Of a stretch of 64,000 nt of DNA, positions 8,550-17,566 are shown in pieces. The number at the start of each line of letters is the position of its first letter. Within the stretch, counting starts at the first letter, position 1. The notes beneath the pieces were generated by a model. That model saw only the letters and a program-made list of their open reading frames with translations, did no database searches and was not told the origin of the DNA. This DNA is from an uncultured Rhodobacteraceae bacterium (GTDB lineage Bacteria; Pseudomonadota; Alphaproteobacteria; Rhodobacterales; Rhodobacteraceae), in NCBI GenBank assembly GCA_947500775.1, contig CANMTD010000005.1, positions 132,676 through 196,675 of the forward strand, written 5' to 3'. The position numbers and the translations under genes are program-made.

Positions 8550-10247
8550 CTATCGCACCAGATAGGGTTTGGTCTGGCGGGGGGGCAGCATATCGGGATC
8601 GCGGTCGACCGAATAATCCCCCACCAGATAGGGGTCCATCCCCTGATTTTTGAGATTCTGCAAAAACTGGCCGAACCCCGCCAGATCCGCCATTTTCGGC
8701 GCCTCGCTCAGCCGGCGCAATCCGGCTGGCGCCACTTCATCGATGATCTCTTGCAGATGTTCCATCGGGCTTTGCGCAAATTCCGCCAAGGTCCAAATGC
8801 GAACCCGCGCCGTTGCATGCGCCCCGCGCAGAATTTCCAGATGCTCGCCTTCGATCCGCTGCAACAGGGCGGCTTGTTTGCGGATATCGGCAAACCCCTG
8901 GTTTGATTTGTACAGCGGGATCGCCCAGGCCCCGGTGATGACCGATATCTGAGCGTTCGGATCGCTGGCAATGAACCCGCTGATGCCCTGCCGATCGCCG
9001 GGCCCGAACTGGAAACACTGGCGTTCGCCGCGGGTGTTCCAGATCAGGTTGGTCAGAAAAGACTTTGGCTCGTAATCGCGGATCTTGGCGCTGTCGCTCA
9101 TCGCGCCGTTATAGACCCGTTCGCCCCCCGCAAAATGAACCCGGTCGGGGTGAAACAGATGGCCATGCACCCGCCCCACAATCGTTTTGCCCAACCAATG
9201 TTCAAAATTCTCGAACAGTTCGGCAAACCCTTCGAACACCGAATAGGGATCGCTGGTTTTCCCGCTGTCGCGCCTGTGTTCGGGATAGCGGCTTTGCATA
9301 TACAGGCCCGCCCGACCACGGATGCGGCGGTCCGCCGCGCCAGCAAACAGCCGGTCAATCTTGCCCGGATTTGGCTCTGCGTTCTTGGTCACGGCCGGAT
9401 CGTTCGACAGAAAGCTTGCATACAACCGATCCGCCTGCGGCCAGATTTTGCGCGCGACAAAGCAATCCGACCGCCGCAGCAACTGGATGTGATCGTCATA
9501 GAAAACATGCGGCTTTCCCTGAAAATCAAACTTGGACAGGGTCAGCGAGCGGCTTTCGATATGGGTGCTGTAGTGTCTGGCCAGAGTCTGAAAATAGCTT
9601 TCATCCGGAATCCACACCTTGGAGAAATAGCGATCATAAAGCCCGCGATCAGGGCTTTCCAGAATGGCCGACAGCGTTTGCCGCGTCAGGCACCACCACT
9701 GCGATCCAAGATGCGGGATCAGACCGGCGGGCAATTTGCGCCGATACCCAAGGCGCCGTTGCAGCTGAACATAGCGATCAAACAGCGCGCGGTGGTTTTT
9801 CCACGAAAAGGGAAACCGCAGCAAGAAACGCTCTTTGTCCAACCCACCCACGGTCCAGGGCACATCATAGGTGGTGACGGATTCGATGAAATCGGTCTGC
9901 GGGTGATTGTCCAGATAGGCCGTAAGCTCTTGCACCGGGCGCAGGGGCAGGCACGATCCCGACGCCAGATAGACATGCCGCACCTCGGCGAACCGATCCA
10001 GCATGACCGTGGCCGCGGCCTGTGTCGCCGCAACCATCGACCAGGTGCCCCATTCGACCCGTTTACGGGGGCAGAACACGACATTTTCCAAATCTTCAAG
10101 AGAGGTGACAAAGGCGTTGTATTTATCCGTTTTCACCTGTCGGTCGACGTGAATGACGACCGGGCATCCGCTGGTTGCCCAATGGCGCGCCACGGCCCCG
10201 GCACGATCCAGCGCCGTGTGCACCATCATGATGAACCCGACGCTCAC
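8550..10247 (-). CDS. GT14 (core-2/I-branching, beta-1,6-GlcNAc-transferase-like) glycosyltransferase fused to a roughly 270-aa uncharacterised C-terminal domain
   Basis: N-terminal FIMMVHTALDRAG...VIHVDRQ...VEWGTWSMVAATQAA...YLASGSCLPL...WIPDESYFQTL matches Branch-domain landmarks. I could not assign the C-terminal half. Abuts the sulfotransferase gene with no gap. Confidence 0.65.
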   Translation of the reverse strand: MSVGFIMMVHTALDRAGAVARHWATSGCPVVIHVDRQVKTDKYNAFVTSLEDLENVVFCPRKRVEWGTWSMVAATQAAATVMLDRFAEVRHVYLASGSCLPLRPVQELTAYLDNHPQTDFIESVTTYDVPWTVGGLDKERFLLRFPFSWKNHRALFDRYVQLQRRLGYRRKLPAGLIPHLGSQWWCLTRQTLSAILESPDRGLYDRYFSKVWIPDESYFQTLARHYSTHIESRSLTLSKFDFQGKPHVFYDDHIQLLRRSDCFVARKIWPQADRLYASFLSNDPAVTKNAEPNPGKIDRLFAGAADRRIRGRAGLYMQSRYPEHRRDSGKTSDPYSVFEGFAELFENFEHWLGKTIVGRVHGHLFHPDRVHFAGGERVYNGAMSDSAKIRDYEPKSFLTNLIWNTRGERQCFQFGPGDRQGISGFIASDPNAQISVITGAWAIPLYKSNQGFADIRKQAALLQRIEGEHLEILRGAHATARVRIWTLAEFAQSPMEHLQEIIDEVAPAGLRRLSEAPKMADLAGFGQFLQNLKNQGMDPYLVGDYSVDRDPDMLPPRQTKPYLVR

Positions 10248-11254
10248 ACCCAGTTTCCTTTTGACAAAAGGCCCAGGATTTCAAGCTGGCGCCAGTTGAT
10301 ATACCGCTCGGACCATTTGCACCACATGTCCCGGTCTTCGCCCATTTTCTGTTTATAGGCCCTGTATTCGCGGCTGTTTTTATAGTGCTGGTTGCGGGCG
10401 ATCTCTTCTTCCGTGCGGGTCAGGAACGTGTCCAGAAACTTGGCGTGCAACAACATTCCCGAGGCTTTTTCGCCCCCCTGCGCGTCGAACACCATGTTCA
10501 GGTCGCGCGGGAAAAGCGTGTGGGTCGAGGTCGCATAGACATAGCTGCGATCCCATTTGACCAGCGGGATTTTGTTCAGCGACGGGGCCTCTTCGGGTCG
10601 GTCGGCAAAGAACATGCGCGCGCGCGGCCCGCCCTGAATCCACAGGTTCCGATAGCGCCGGTTCGGTCGGATCGTATAGTTGCCGCTGTCAAACCACGAC
10701 GCGATTTCGAACGGGTCCTGCCCTTCGCAATAGGGCTGTGCGTCGATCGGACCCTTGGGATACATGTCCAGCAACATCGCCCCGAACGACCGCAAACCGG
10801 ACCCGTCCAGCCAATCGGTCAGCGCCTGTATCGGCCGGGTATCGCAGAACGGATAGACAAAAAACTCATCCACATCGACGACCAGCGTCCAATGCCCATG
10901 CGCATATTTGCGTTGCAGCCAGTTCAGCCAATCCACACCGAACCGCGACCGCCGATAGCTTTTGGTGGTGGTCCAGACCGACACATCGGGCTGTTCGCGC
11001 AGATATTCCAGGCTGCCGTCGTCCGATCCGTTGTCCACGAACAGAAAATGTTCGATGCCCAGCTTACGGTAATATTTCAGGAAATACGGAAGGCGCACCC
11101 GTTCGTTGCGCAAGGTGCAGAACAACAGGACATCATCGCCCCCGATCTGACCCGTCCGATCCACGGCCATCTTCAGATCCCGGCGTTTCCGAAAGGCCCG
11201 CATCCGCAGCCTTCTACGGCGGAGCCGCAGGCGATATGTCGATAAAAGTCTCAT
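10244..11254 (-). CDS. Glycosyltransferase, family-2-like (Glyco_tranf_2_4-type)
   Basis: Contains LFCTLRNERVRLPYFLKYYRKLGIEHFLFVDNGSDDGS and a DxD-like VVDVDEF. 4-nt overlap with the downstream gene. Start could instead be the internal Met at 11170 (MAVDRTG). Confidence 0.6.
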   Translation of the reverse strand: MRLLSTYRLRLRRRRLRMRAFRKRRDLKMAVDRTGQIGGDDVLLFCTLRNERVRLPYFLKYYRKLGIEHFLFVDNGSDDGSLEYLREQPDVSVWTTTKSYRRSRFGVDWLNWLQRKYAHGHWTLVVDVDEFFVYPFCDTRPIQALTDWLDGSGLRSFGAMLLDMYPKGPIDAQPYCEGQDPFEIASWFDSGNYTIRPNRRYRNLWIQGGPRARMFFADRPEEAPSLNKIPLVKWDRSYVYATSTHTLFPRDLNMVFDAQGGEKASGMLLHAKFLDTFLTRTEEEIARNQHYKNSREYRAYKQKMGEDRDMWCKWSERYINWRQLEILGLLSKGNWV

Positions 11255-11292
11255 ATCTGCGTCTGCTCATCCACCATGAACGGGGGCCAACC

Positions 11293-12567
11293 CTAAATCT
11301 GTTTCAAGACAACTGCGAAATGCGCATCCCACGACGGGATCGTCGGTAACTGCATTGCCTGTTTGTCAGGCGCCCCTTGAATCCTTTTTGCTTGTGACAT
11401 CTTTTCGATTGTCTTGCGCCAAGAATACGCATCCGAATCATTCAGGTAAACGGGGAATTCCCCAAGCGTTTCCCGGTAGACCTGCAAATCGGCGACCACA
11501 ACCGGGACCCCCAGCTGGGCGGCTTCGACCGGGGGCATCCCGAACCCTTCGGCATGGCTGGGAAACAGGGCGCCAGCGGCACCCGCCAGCACGGCGGCCA
11601 TCGCGGCGTCATCCAGCCCCGGCAGTTCGACCACATACCGTCCCATATAGGGGGCGGTATCCAGCCGGTGAAACACCGCGTCATTGCGCCAACCGCGATT
11701 GCCCAGGATCAACAGGCGCGGGATTTGGCCCGGGTCGAGGTCGGCGTAAAACCGATCCCAGACATCCAGCAACAGCGCATGGTTTTTGCGCGGCTCGATT
11801 GTGCCGACGGTCACGAAATAAGGTGCCGATACATCCAGCCCCTTCGGCAGATGCGCCGCATCCGGGCGCAGTATCTGCGTCCCCAGCAAAGCCACGACAC
11901 TGTCCGGCACGCGCCCCGCCTGCTGTAGATACGCCCCGGCCAGCTGCTGTGCGTCGCGGGTGGTAAAGATCACCCTGTCGGCGGCACGCGCGACCGCCCT
12001 TAGTTTCTCAGCAAACAGTTTGGGCGTCTCCGGATCGAAAAACTCCGGGTGCTCCAAAGGCAACGTATCGTGCAGCAATACCGCAATCCGCCCGCCTGGA
12101 ACGGAATGCACGGCGTCGAGAACGCGATCCCTCAGATTGCTGTGCCCGACATTCACATAGGACACGCCCGGCGGCAGGTGGCGTTGCAACATGCGCCCCA
12201 ACCCGGCAGGCCGACACCGCGCAATCGCCAACCGCCGTACATCCGCCTCGGCCTGTTTGCGCGCCTCAGGCAATCGCCGGTTCAAACGGCCGATCAGATC
12301 GGCAGGCCCCCAAGGCTGGACCCCCGTCAACCGCTGCGCCAAAGACTCCGCACCCCTGCGGTCCAACAGCACGAACCCAAGCGCAGTGCGCACCAGCCCA
12401 TAAAACGGCACTGTTTCAGCCAAAAGCCGGGTCAGATAGGCCATTTCGACCCGATCAACGCCCGTCCACGGCCCATGCCCGACCCGCGACACCAGCCGCG
12501 TCAGATCCAACAGGCGGGCCGGGGGGCTATCGGTCGTATTTGCCGTTTTGGTGCCAGCGCCAGGCAT
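11293..12567 (-). CDS. Glycosyltransferase, GT4/GT1 (GT-B fold) family
   Basis: C-terminal EX7E-type motif region FPSHAEGFGMPPVEAAQLGVPVVVADL. The ATG at 12567 overlaps the galE 3' end by 41 nt, so the start is uncertain. Confidence 0.8.
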   Translation of the reverse strand: MPGAGTKTANTTDSPPARLLDLTRLVSRVGHGPWTGVDRVEMAYLTRLLAETVPFYGLVRTALGFVLLDRRGAESLAQRLTGVQPWGPADLIGRLNRRLPEARKQAEADVRRLAIARCRPAGLGRMLQRHLPPGVSYVNVGHSNLRDRVLDAVHSVPGGRIAVLLHDTLPLEHPEFFDPETPKLFAEKLRAVARAADRVIFTTRDAQQLAGAYLQQAGRVPDSVVALLGTQILRPDAAHLPKGLDVSAPYFVTVGTIEPRKNHALLLDVWDRFYADLDPGQIPRLLILGNRGWRNDAVFHRLDTAPYMGRYVVELPGLDDAAMAAVLAGAAGALFPSHAEGFGMPPVEAAQLGVPVVVADLQVYRETLGEFPVYLNDSDAYSWRKTIEKMSQAKRIQGAPDKQAMQLPTIPSWDAHFAVVLKQI

Positions 12568-13510
12568 CTGCGATCATCGTCTCCAGATTGGAACGTTTGG
12601 GTGTCCACCCCAGTTCGGACAGGGCGCGCGAACTGCCGGACACCAGAAACGCGGCATCCCCGCCACGGCGCGGGCCCTCGTTATAGGGTACTTTCTGATT
12701 GGTCACGACAGCGCTTTGTTCAATCACCTGTCGCACCGAAAATCCCGTGCCTGTGCCCAGATTGAACACCCGGCTGCCCTTGCCCTCCTGCAGCCATTCC
12801 AGCCCCTGCACATGGGCCTGAACCAGATCCATAACATGGACATAATCCCGCATGCAGGTGCCGTCTGGGGTGTCGTAATCGGTGCCGTGAATGGTCAGGG
12901 CCGACCGCGTTCCCGCGACCGTATCCAGCAATAGCGGGATCAGATGGGTTTCCGGCCGGTGAAATTCGCCCACCTCGCCGTCGGGATCGGCACCTGCCAC
13001 GTTGAAATAGCGGAAAATCACCGATTGCAGGCCATGGCTCGCCTCGAAATTCGCCAGAACATCCTCGATCGCGCGTTTCGACGCGCCATAGGCGTTCAGC
13101 GGCGCCTGGGGGCTGTTTTCGTCCAGCAGCACGCCGTCCTGATCGCCATAGGTCGCGCAGGTCGATGAGAAGACGAAGTTCAGACAGCCGGCGGCCACCG
13201 CCGCCTCGATCAAGGTCAAAGACCCCGTCAGATTGTTGCGCCAATACCGGCCCGGATCGCGCATCGCATCGCCCACAAGGCTGAGGGCGGCAAAATGCAT
13301 GACGGCGACCGGCTGATACCGCGCAAAAACCTGATCCAGCCGGGCGCGGTCCAGCAGATCGCCCTGCTCGAACGGGCCGAATTTGACGGCATCCTGCCAA
13401 CCGGTGGACAGGTTGTCATAGGTAACCGGGATAAACCCCGCCGCACTTAATACTTTACAGGCGTGCGACCCGATATAGCCCGCACCGCCGGTGACCAGAA
13501 CATGCTGCAT
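12527..13510 (-). CDS. galE: UDP-glucose 4-epimerase
   Basis: Begins MQHVLVTGGAGYIGSHACKVL (GxxGxxG). Has catalytic YGASK and 327 aa of typical GalE sequence. Confidence 0.92.
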   Translation of the reverse strand: MQHVLVTGGAGYIGSHACKVLSAAGFIPVTYDNLSTGWQDAVKFGPFEQGDLLDRARLDQVFARYQPVAVMHFAALSLVGDAMRDPGRYWRNNLTGSLTLIEAAVAAGCLNFVFSSTCATYGDQDGVLLDENSPQAPLNAYGASKRAIEDVLANFEASHGLQSVIFRYFNVAGADPDGEVGEFHRPETHLIPLLLDTVAGTRSALTIHGTDYDTPDGTCMRDYVHVMDLVQAHVQGLEWLQEGKGSRVFNLGTGTGFSVRQVIEQSAVVTNQKVPYNEGPRRGGDAAFLVSGSSRALSELGWTPKRSNLETMIADAWRWHQNGKYDR

Positions 13511-13519
13511 TGCGCCGGA

Positions 13520-14410
13520 TTACTGCGCAGCTTTGCCGACAGCCGACATCTCGCGCAGAAATTGCGAGAATTCGTCGCGCAGATCCTCGCGCGCCAGACC
13601 AAAGGCAACCGTGGCCTGCAAGAAACCGGCCTTGGACCCGCAATCAAACCGCTGCCCCCGGAACCGGAACCCGAAAACGCCATCTTCGCCGCCGATTTCG
13701 GCGGCAATCGCATCGGTCAGTTGAATTTCACCGCCAGCGCCTTGTTTCAGGCGGGTGATATTGTCCATGACTTTCGGTGTCAGGATATAGCGCCCGATCA
13801 CCGCCAGATTGGAAGGCGCGTTTTCCTTGGGTTTTTCGACCATGCCCTGGACCGAAACCATCGACCCCATGTCGTCCTTGACGTCCAGAATACCGTAGGC
13901 CGAGGTCTTTTCGTGCGGAACCTCCATCGCGGCAACCATGTTGCCCCCGGTCTCTTCGTAAGCTTCGACCATTTGCTGAAGACAGGGCTTTTCCGCCGCG
14001 ATCACATCGTCCGGCAACACCACGGCAAAGGGTTCGTTCCCGATCAGACGACGCGCGCACCAAACGGCGTGACCCAGACCCATTGCCTGTTGCTGGCGAA
14101 TATAGGCGATGCCGCCGCTTTCAACGTTGGTGGAATTCAGAACGTCCAGAAGATCGGTTTTACCTTTGCGACGCAGCTCTGCCTCCAAAATCGGCGCGCT
14201 GTCAAAATAATCCTCCAACGCACTTTTCCCGCGTGAGGTCACAAAGATGAATTCGTTGATGCCTGCCGCCCGGCATTCGTCGATCGCATATTGGATCAAC
14301 GGTCTGTCGACCAATGTCATGATTTCTTTTGGCACTGATTTGGTTGCGGGCAGGAATCGGGTTCCCAAACCTGCGACGGGAAATATCGCCTTGGTTACTT
14401 TACTTGTCAT
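13520..14410 (-). CDS. galU: UTP--glucose-1-phosphate uridylyltransferase
   Basis: Begins MTSKVTKAIFPVAGLGTRFLPATKSVPKEIM (GalU signature). ATG at 14410 is preceded by an AGGTGGAA Shine-Dalgarno; the track ORF start at 14470 was trimmed. Confidence 0.92.
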   Translation of the reverse strand: MTSKVTKAIFPVAGLGTRFLPATKSVPKEIMTLVDRPLIQYAIDECRAAGINEFIFVTSRGKSALEDYFDSAPILEAELRRKGKTDLLDVLNSTNVESGGIAYIRQQQAMGLGHAVWCARRLIGNEPFAVVLPDDVIAAEKPCLQQMVEAYEETGGNMVAAMEVPHEKTSAYGILDVKDDMGSMVSVQGMVEKPKENAPSNLAVIGRYILTPKVMDNITRLKQGAGGEIQLTDAIAAEIGGEDGVFGFRFRGQRFDCGSKAGFLQATVAFGLAREDLRDEFSQFLREMSAVGKAAQ

Positions 14411-14550
14411 GTTTCCACCTAACCTCAGGATTTCAGACTCGAACCTAGGACAACACCAGCTAAAAGGCACAAGTTTGTTCGATTTTGGGTTGCTTCTAGT
14501 TTAATGTCGACCCCGTTAAAATTTAAGCATTTTTTTCACCTGCTGCATGG

Positions 14551-15819
14551 TCACTTCGCGCCTGCAGCATCTTGTCGGCGAAATGATGCCGGAATGGTTC
14601 CGGTTTCGGAAATCCGCGCCGCCTCTTGTGCAACGCGCGCCCGAAAGCCGTATTTTTGAAAGATCGGTTCGCTGCGGTCCGCGCGGCCAAACAGGCCACC
14701 GCTTTGCGTCCAATACCCGTCCGCATCAAACCTGCGCCGGTGGTAAAGCATTGTCGGGCTTAACAAAAAAACGCTGGTCGGGTGCCGATCCGCCGCCAGT
14801 TTCCGCGCCGCCCTGCGCAGGCTTTTGCCCTGCCAAAACCGTCCAGCCACATGGGTTGGACCTGCGGTTTTCAGCCGGGTGAACGGTTTGAACGCAGATG
14901 CGACCGATTCTTCTATAGCATGTGCTGGAATTTGCTCGCTCACCCCAAAGGCGATGCCCTGCTCAAGCGATTTTGACAAAAAGCGAACGTCCCGAGGTTC
15001 CAGGTCACCGTCGACCATATATTGCAGATTGCGGCGGCGGTGGTGCGTCCTAAGCCGATCCAAAGCGTCAGGGTGAGTCGCCACCGGCGCATGTTTGCGC
15101 AGGAACATCGCGGTGCTGGCGCCCACGTCAAACAGCGATTTGGGCGCACGGGCATGGCTGCGCCAGATGCTGGCCGCACGCATGTGGTGGACCTGCGCCA
15201 AGGGCACCACCGCTGTCGCCCCACCGGCCCGCGACAGGCGCAGATTGACGTCAGCCTCTTCCAGATGAAACCGAAAGGCCGGATCGAACCCGCCGATGTC
15301 ACACAAGGCCTGACGGCGGAACGCCATGTTGACCCCCAGCGTGACCACCGATTTACCGCGTTCGCCGGCAAAGGTCTTGGGGGCCATATCCGTCATCTGC
15401 AATGGCAACGGATCGGCTGTTTCGGTGATTTGCCCACCGGTCCACTGATAGGAAATACCATTGCGACCGCGCACAAAGCCACCGGCGGCGACAACCTTTG
15501 CACCCTCAAAGGCGGCCACCAGATGGGTCAGCCAATAGGGATCGGCCACCGCATCGTCATCCAGAAAGGCAACGATATCGCCCGCTGCCTGCGCCACGCC
15601 CAGATTGCGGGCGCGGGCGATGCCGATCTGGGCATTTTCGACTGTTTTCACCCGGTCGGCAAAATCCAATCTGCGGACCGCCGCCAGCCCCGGCTTGTCG
15701 GCCACAACGATGACCTCGAAATCCGGATACATCTGGAATTGCAGCGCCAGCAGGCACAGGCGCAAAGCCTCCGGTCGGGCGTGGCTGACGACCACGACAC
15801 TGACCGGGGGCCCAGACAC
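14551..15819 (-). CDS. Glycosyltransferase family 2 with a roughly 190-aa C-terminal extension
   Basis: GT-A motifs VSVVVVSHARPEALRLCL and FLDDDAVADPYWL (DxD). Preferred start is GTG at 15819, overlapping the kdsB TAG stop by one base (TAGTG). The alternative ATG at 15921 would overlap kdsB by about 100 nt. Confidence 0.8.
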   Translation of the reverse strand: MSGPPVSVVVVSHARPEALRLCLLALQFQMYPDFEVIVVADKPGLAAVRRLDFADRVKTVENAQIGIARARNLGVAQAAGDIVAFLDDDAVADPYWLTHLVAAFEGAKVVAAGGFVRGRNGISYQWTGGQITETADPLPLQMTDMAPKTFAGERGKSVVTLGVNMAFRRQALCDIGGFDPAFRFHLEEADVNLRLSRAGGATAVVPLAQVHHMRAASIWRSHARAPKSLFDVGASTAMFLRKHAPVATHPDALDRLRTHHRRRNLQYMVDGDLEPRDVRFLSKSLEQGIAFGVSEQIPAHAIEESVASAFKPFTRLKTAGPTHVAGRFWQGKSLRRAARKLAADRHPTSVFLLSPTMLYHRRRFDADGYWTQSGGLFGRADRSEPIFQKYGFRARVAQEAARISETGTIPASFRRQDAAGAK

Positions 15820-16619
15820 TATTTGACGCCCATTTCGGCCAGCATCGTCTCGATCTTGGGCACATCTTCGGGGTTGTTCAGCTCCCAGAACTGGCGCCCG
15901 CGGGCTTCGACCTCGACGCATAGAACCGGGCGTTCGCGTTCCAGAAACCGCAATTGTTCCAGCCCCTCGAGCTGTTCCAACGGACCCGAGGACCAGCGCG
16001 AATAGGCCGCCAGCGCCGCGGGCCGATAGGCATAGACGCCGGCATGGTGAAACACCGGGGTTTCCACGTCATCAGCATAGGGTTTGCCGGTATAGGGGAT
16101 CACCTCTTTCGAGAAATACAGCGCCTTGTGGTCGGTACCGAACACGGCTGTTGTGCCGCCCACGCGCCCTTCGCGGCGGTCGTTCAGCAAGTCCTTCAGC
16201 ATCCGCCCGTCGCAGCGCAGCACCGGCGTTGCCACCTCGGCCACCGGATCGGCGCGCAGCCCGGCCACCAGATCCTCGATGAACCAGGCGGGTGTCAGCG
16301 GGGCGTCGCCCTGCAGGTTGACCACTATGTCGAACCCGCCGCCCAGCGCATCGAAGGCTTCGGCGCAGCGTTCGGTTCCGTTGGCGCAGTTTTCCGAGGT
16401 CATCACCACCTCGGCCCCGAAGGCCTGCGCCGCGTCGCGGATGCGCGCATCATCGGTGGCCACCACGACCCGGTGGTCGCCGGACACCGCCTGCGCGGCC
16501 TCCCACGAACGCTGGATCAGGCTCTTTTCCTGCCCGTCCGCGCCTTTCAACATCACCAGCGGCTTGCCCGGATACCGGGTCGAGGCATAGCGCGCGGGGA
16601 TCGCGATCAGAACCGACAT
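15819..16619 (-). CDS. kdsB: 3-deoxy-manno-octulosonate cytidylyltransferase (CMP-Kdo synthetase)
   Basis: Begins MSVLIAIPARYASTRYPGKPLVMLKG; also VVNLQGDAPL and LEQLRFLE motifs. Its start overlaps the cysQ stop (TAATG). Confidence 0.92.
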   Translation of the reverse strand: MSVLIAIPARYASTRYPGKPLVMLKGADGQEKSLIQRSWEAAQAVSGDHRVVVATDDARIRDAAQAFGAEVVMTSENCANGTERCAEAFDALGGGFDIVVNLQGDAPLTPAWFIEDLVAGLRADPVAEVATPVLRCDGRMLKDLLNDRREGRVGGTTAVFGTDHKALYFSKEVIPYTGKPYADDVETPVFHHAGVYAYRPAALAAYSRWSSGPLEQLEGLEQLRFLERERPVLCVEVEARGRQFWELNNPEDVPKIETMLAEMGVK

Positions 16620-17467
16620 TATGCCCCTTTCAGCGCGGTGCCCGGCGCCAGAGCGATGAAAAACGGGTTCTCGTAACCGGATTTGCCATAGGTCAGCGGC
16701 GTATGGTCATCGAAGCGCACGACCTGTCCACCAGCGCCGTTCAGAACCGCGTGACCGGCGGCGGTGTCCCATTCCATCGTGCGCCCCAGCCGGGGGTAAA
16801 GATCAGCCTCGCCCGTTGCCACCAGACAGAACTTCAGCGACGATCCGGCGCCGGTCATATCGGCCACGGCGTATTTCGAGATATAGTCGTCGGTCGCCTG
16901 ATCGCGGTGCGATTTCGAAGCCACGACAATCAGCGCATCATTGTCCGGGGTCGACACGTGAATGGGTGCTACCGCCCCCACCTGATCCAAGGCATGTGCG
17001 CCGCTTTCTTCGACCGAGGACCCATCGGCGCGGGTATAGAACAACCGGTCGCGCGCGGGCGCATAGACCACGCCGCGCACCGGCACGCCATTTTCGACAT
17101 AGGCGATATTGACGGTGAAATCGCCGCGCCGTTTGACAAATTCCTTGGTTCCATCCAGCGGATCGACGATCAGGAAATTCGCGGCCTGTTGGACATGGCT
17201 GTCAGCCTGTTCTTCGGTCACAATCAGCGTATCCGGAAATTCGGCCTTCAGAATGGCCGAGATCATGGCATCGGCCGCCTCATCCGCTTCGGTCACGGGG
17301 CTGGCATCTGATTTTGTCTTAACCTCAAAATCCGGCGACTGGTAAATCTCCATGATCTTTGCGCCAGCCTGCAGCGCGGCCCGACGGCACACTGTTTCCA
17401 GTTTCTGATAGTCCAAAGCCGCTGCTCCTTTGCATCGCCGCTGACACTCTTCAAAAAGAGGTGTCAT
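16619..17467 (-). CDS. cysQ: 3'(2'),5'-bisphosphate nucleotidase (PAP phosphatase) CysQ
   Basis: Inositol-monophosphatase-fold motifs SPVTEADEAAD, LIVDPLDGTKEF and WDTAAGHAV. First gene of the minus-strand glycan cluster. Confidence 0.85.
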   Translation of the reverse strand: MTPLFEECQRRCKGAAALDYQKLETVCRRAALQAGAKIMEIYQSPDFEVKTKSDASPVTEADEAADAMISAILKAEFPDTLIVTEEQADSHVQQAANFLIVDPLDGTKEFVKRRGDFTVNIAYVENGVPVRGVVYAPARDRLFYTRADGSSVEESGAHALDQVGAVAPIHVSTPDNDALIVVASKSHRDQATDDYISKYAVADMTGAGSSLKFCLVATGEADLYPRLGRTMEWDTAAGHAVLNGAGGQVVRFDDHTPLTYGKSGYENPFFIALAPGTALKGA

Positions 17468-17566
17468 TGTAAGAATTCGATAATCCCCTTATTATCTTAT
17501 GTAACAGGAACGGCAAGCGGACGAACCGCAGGCAGCCCGGGTTTCACAGAAAGCAGCAGTCAGGCG

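Noticed and set aside
14330-14347. TGGCAC ... TTGC string resembling a sigma-54 -24/-12 promoter, of interest because rpoN is in the window.
   Set aside because: The GG-to-GC spacing is 15 nt rather than the required 12. The site also lies inside the galU coding region on the antisense strand. No convincing sigma-54 promoter was seen in any intergenic region I inspected.
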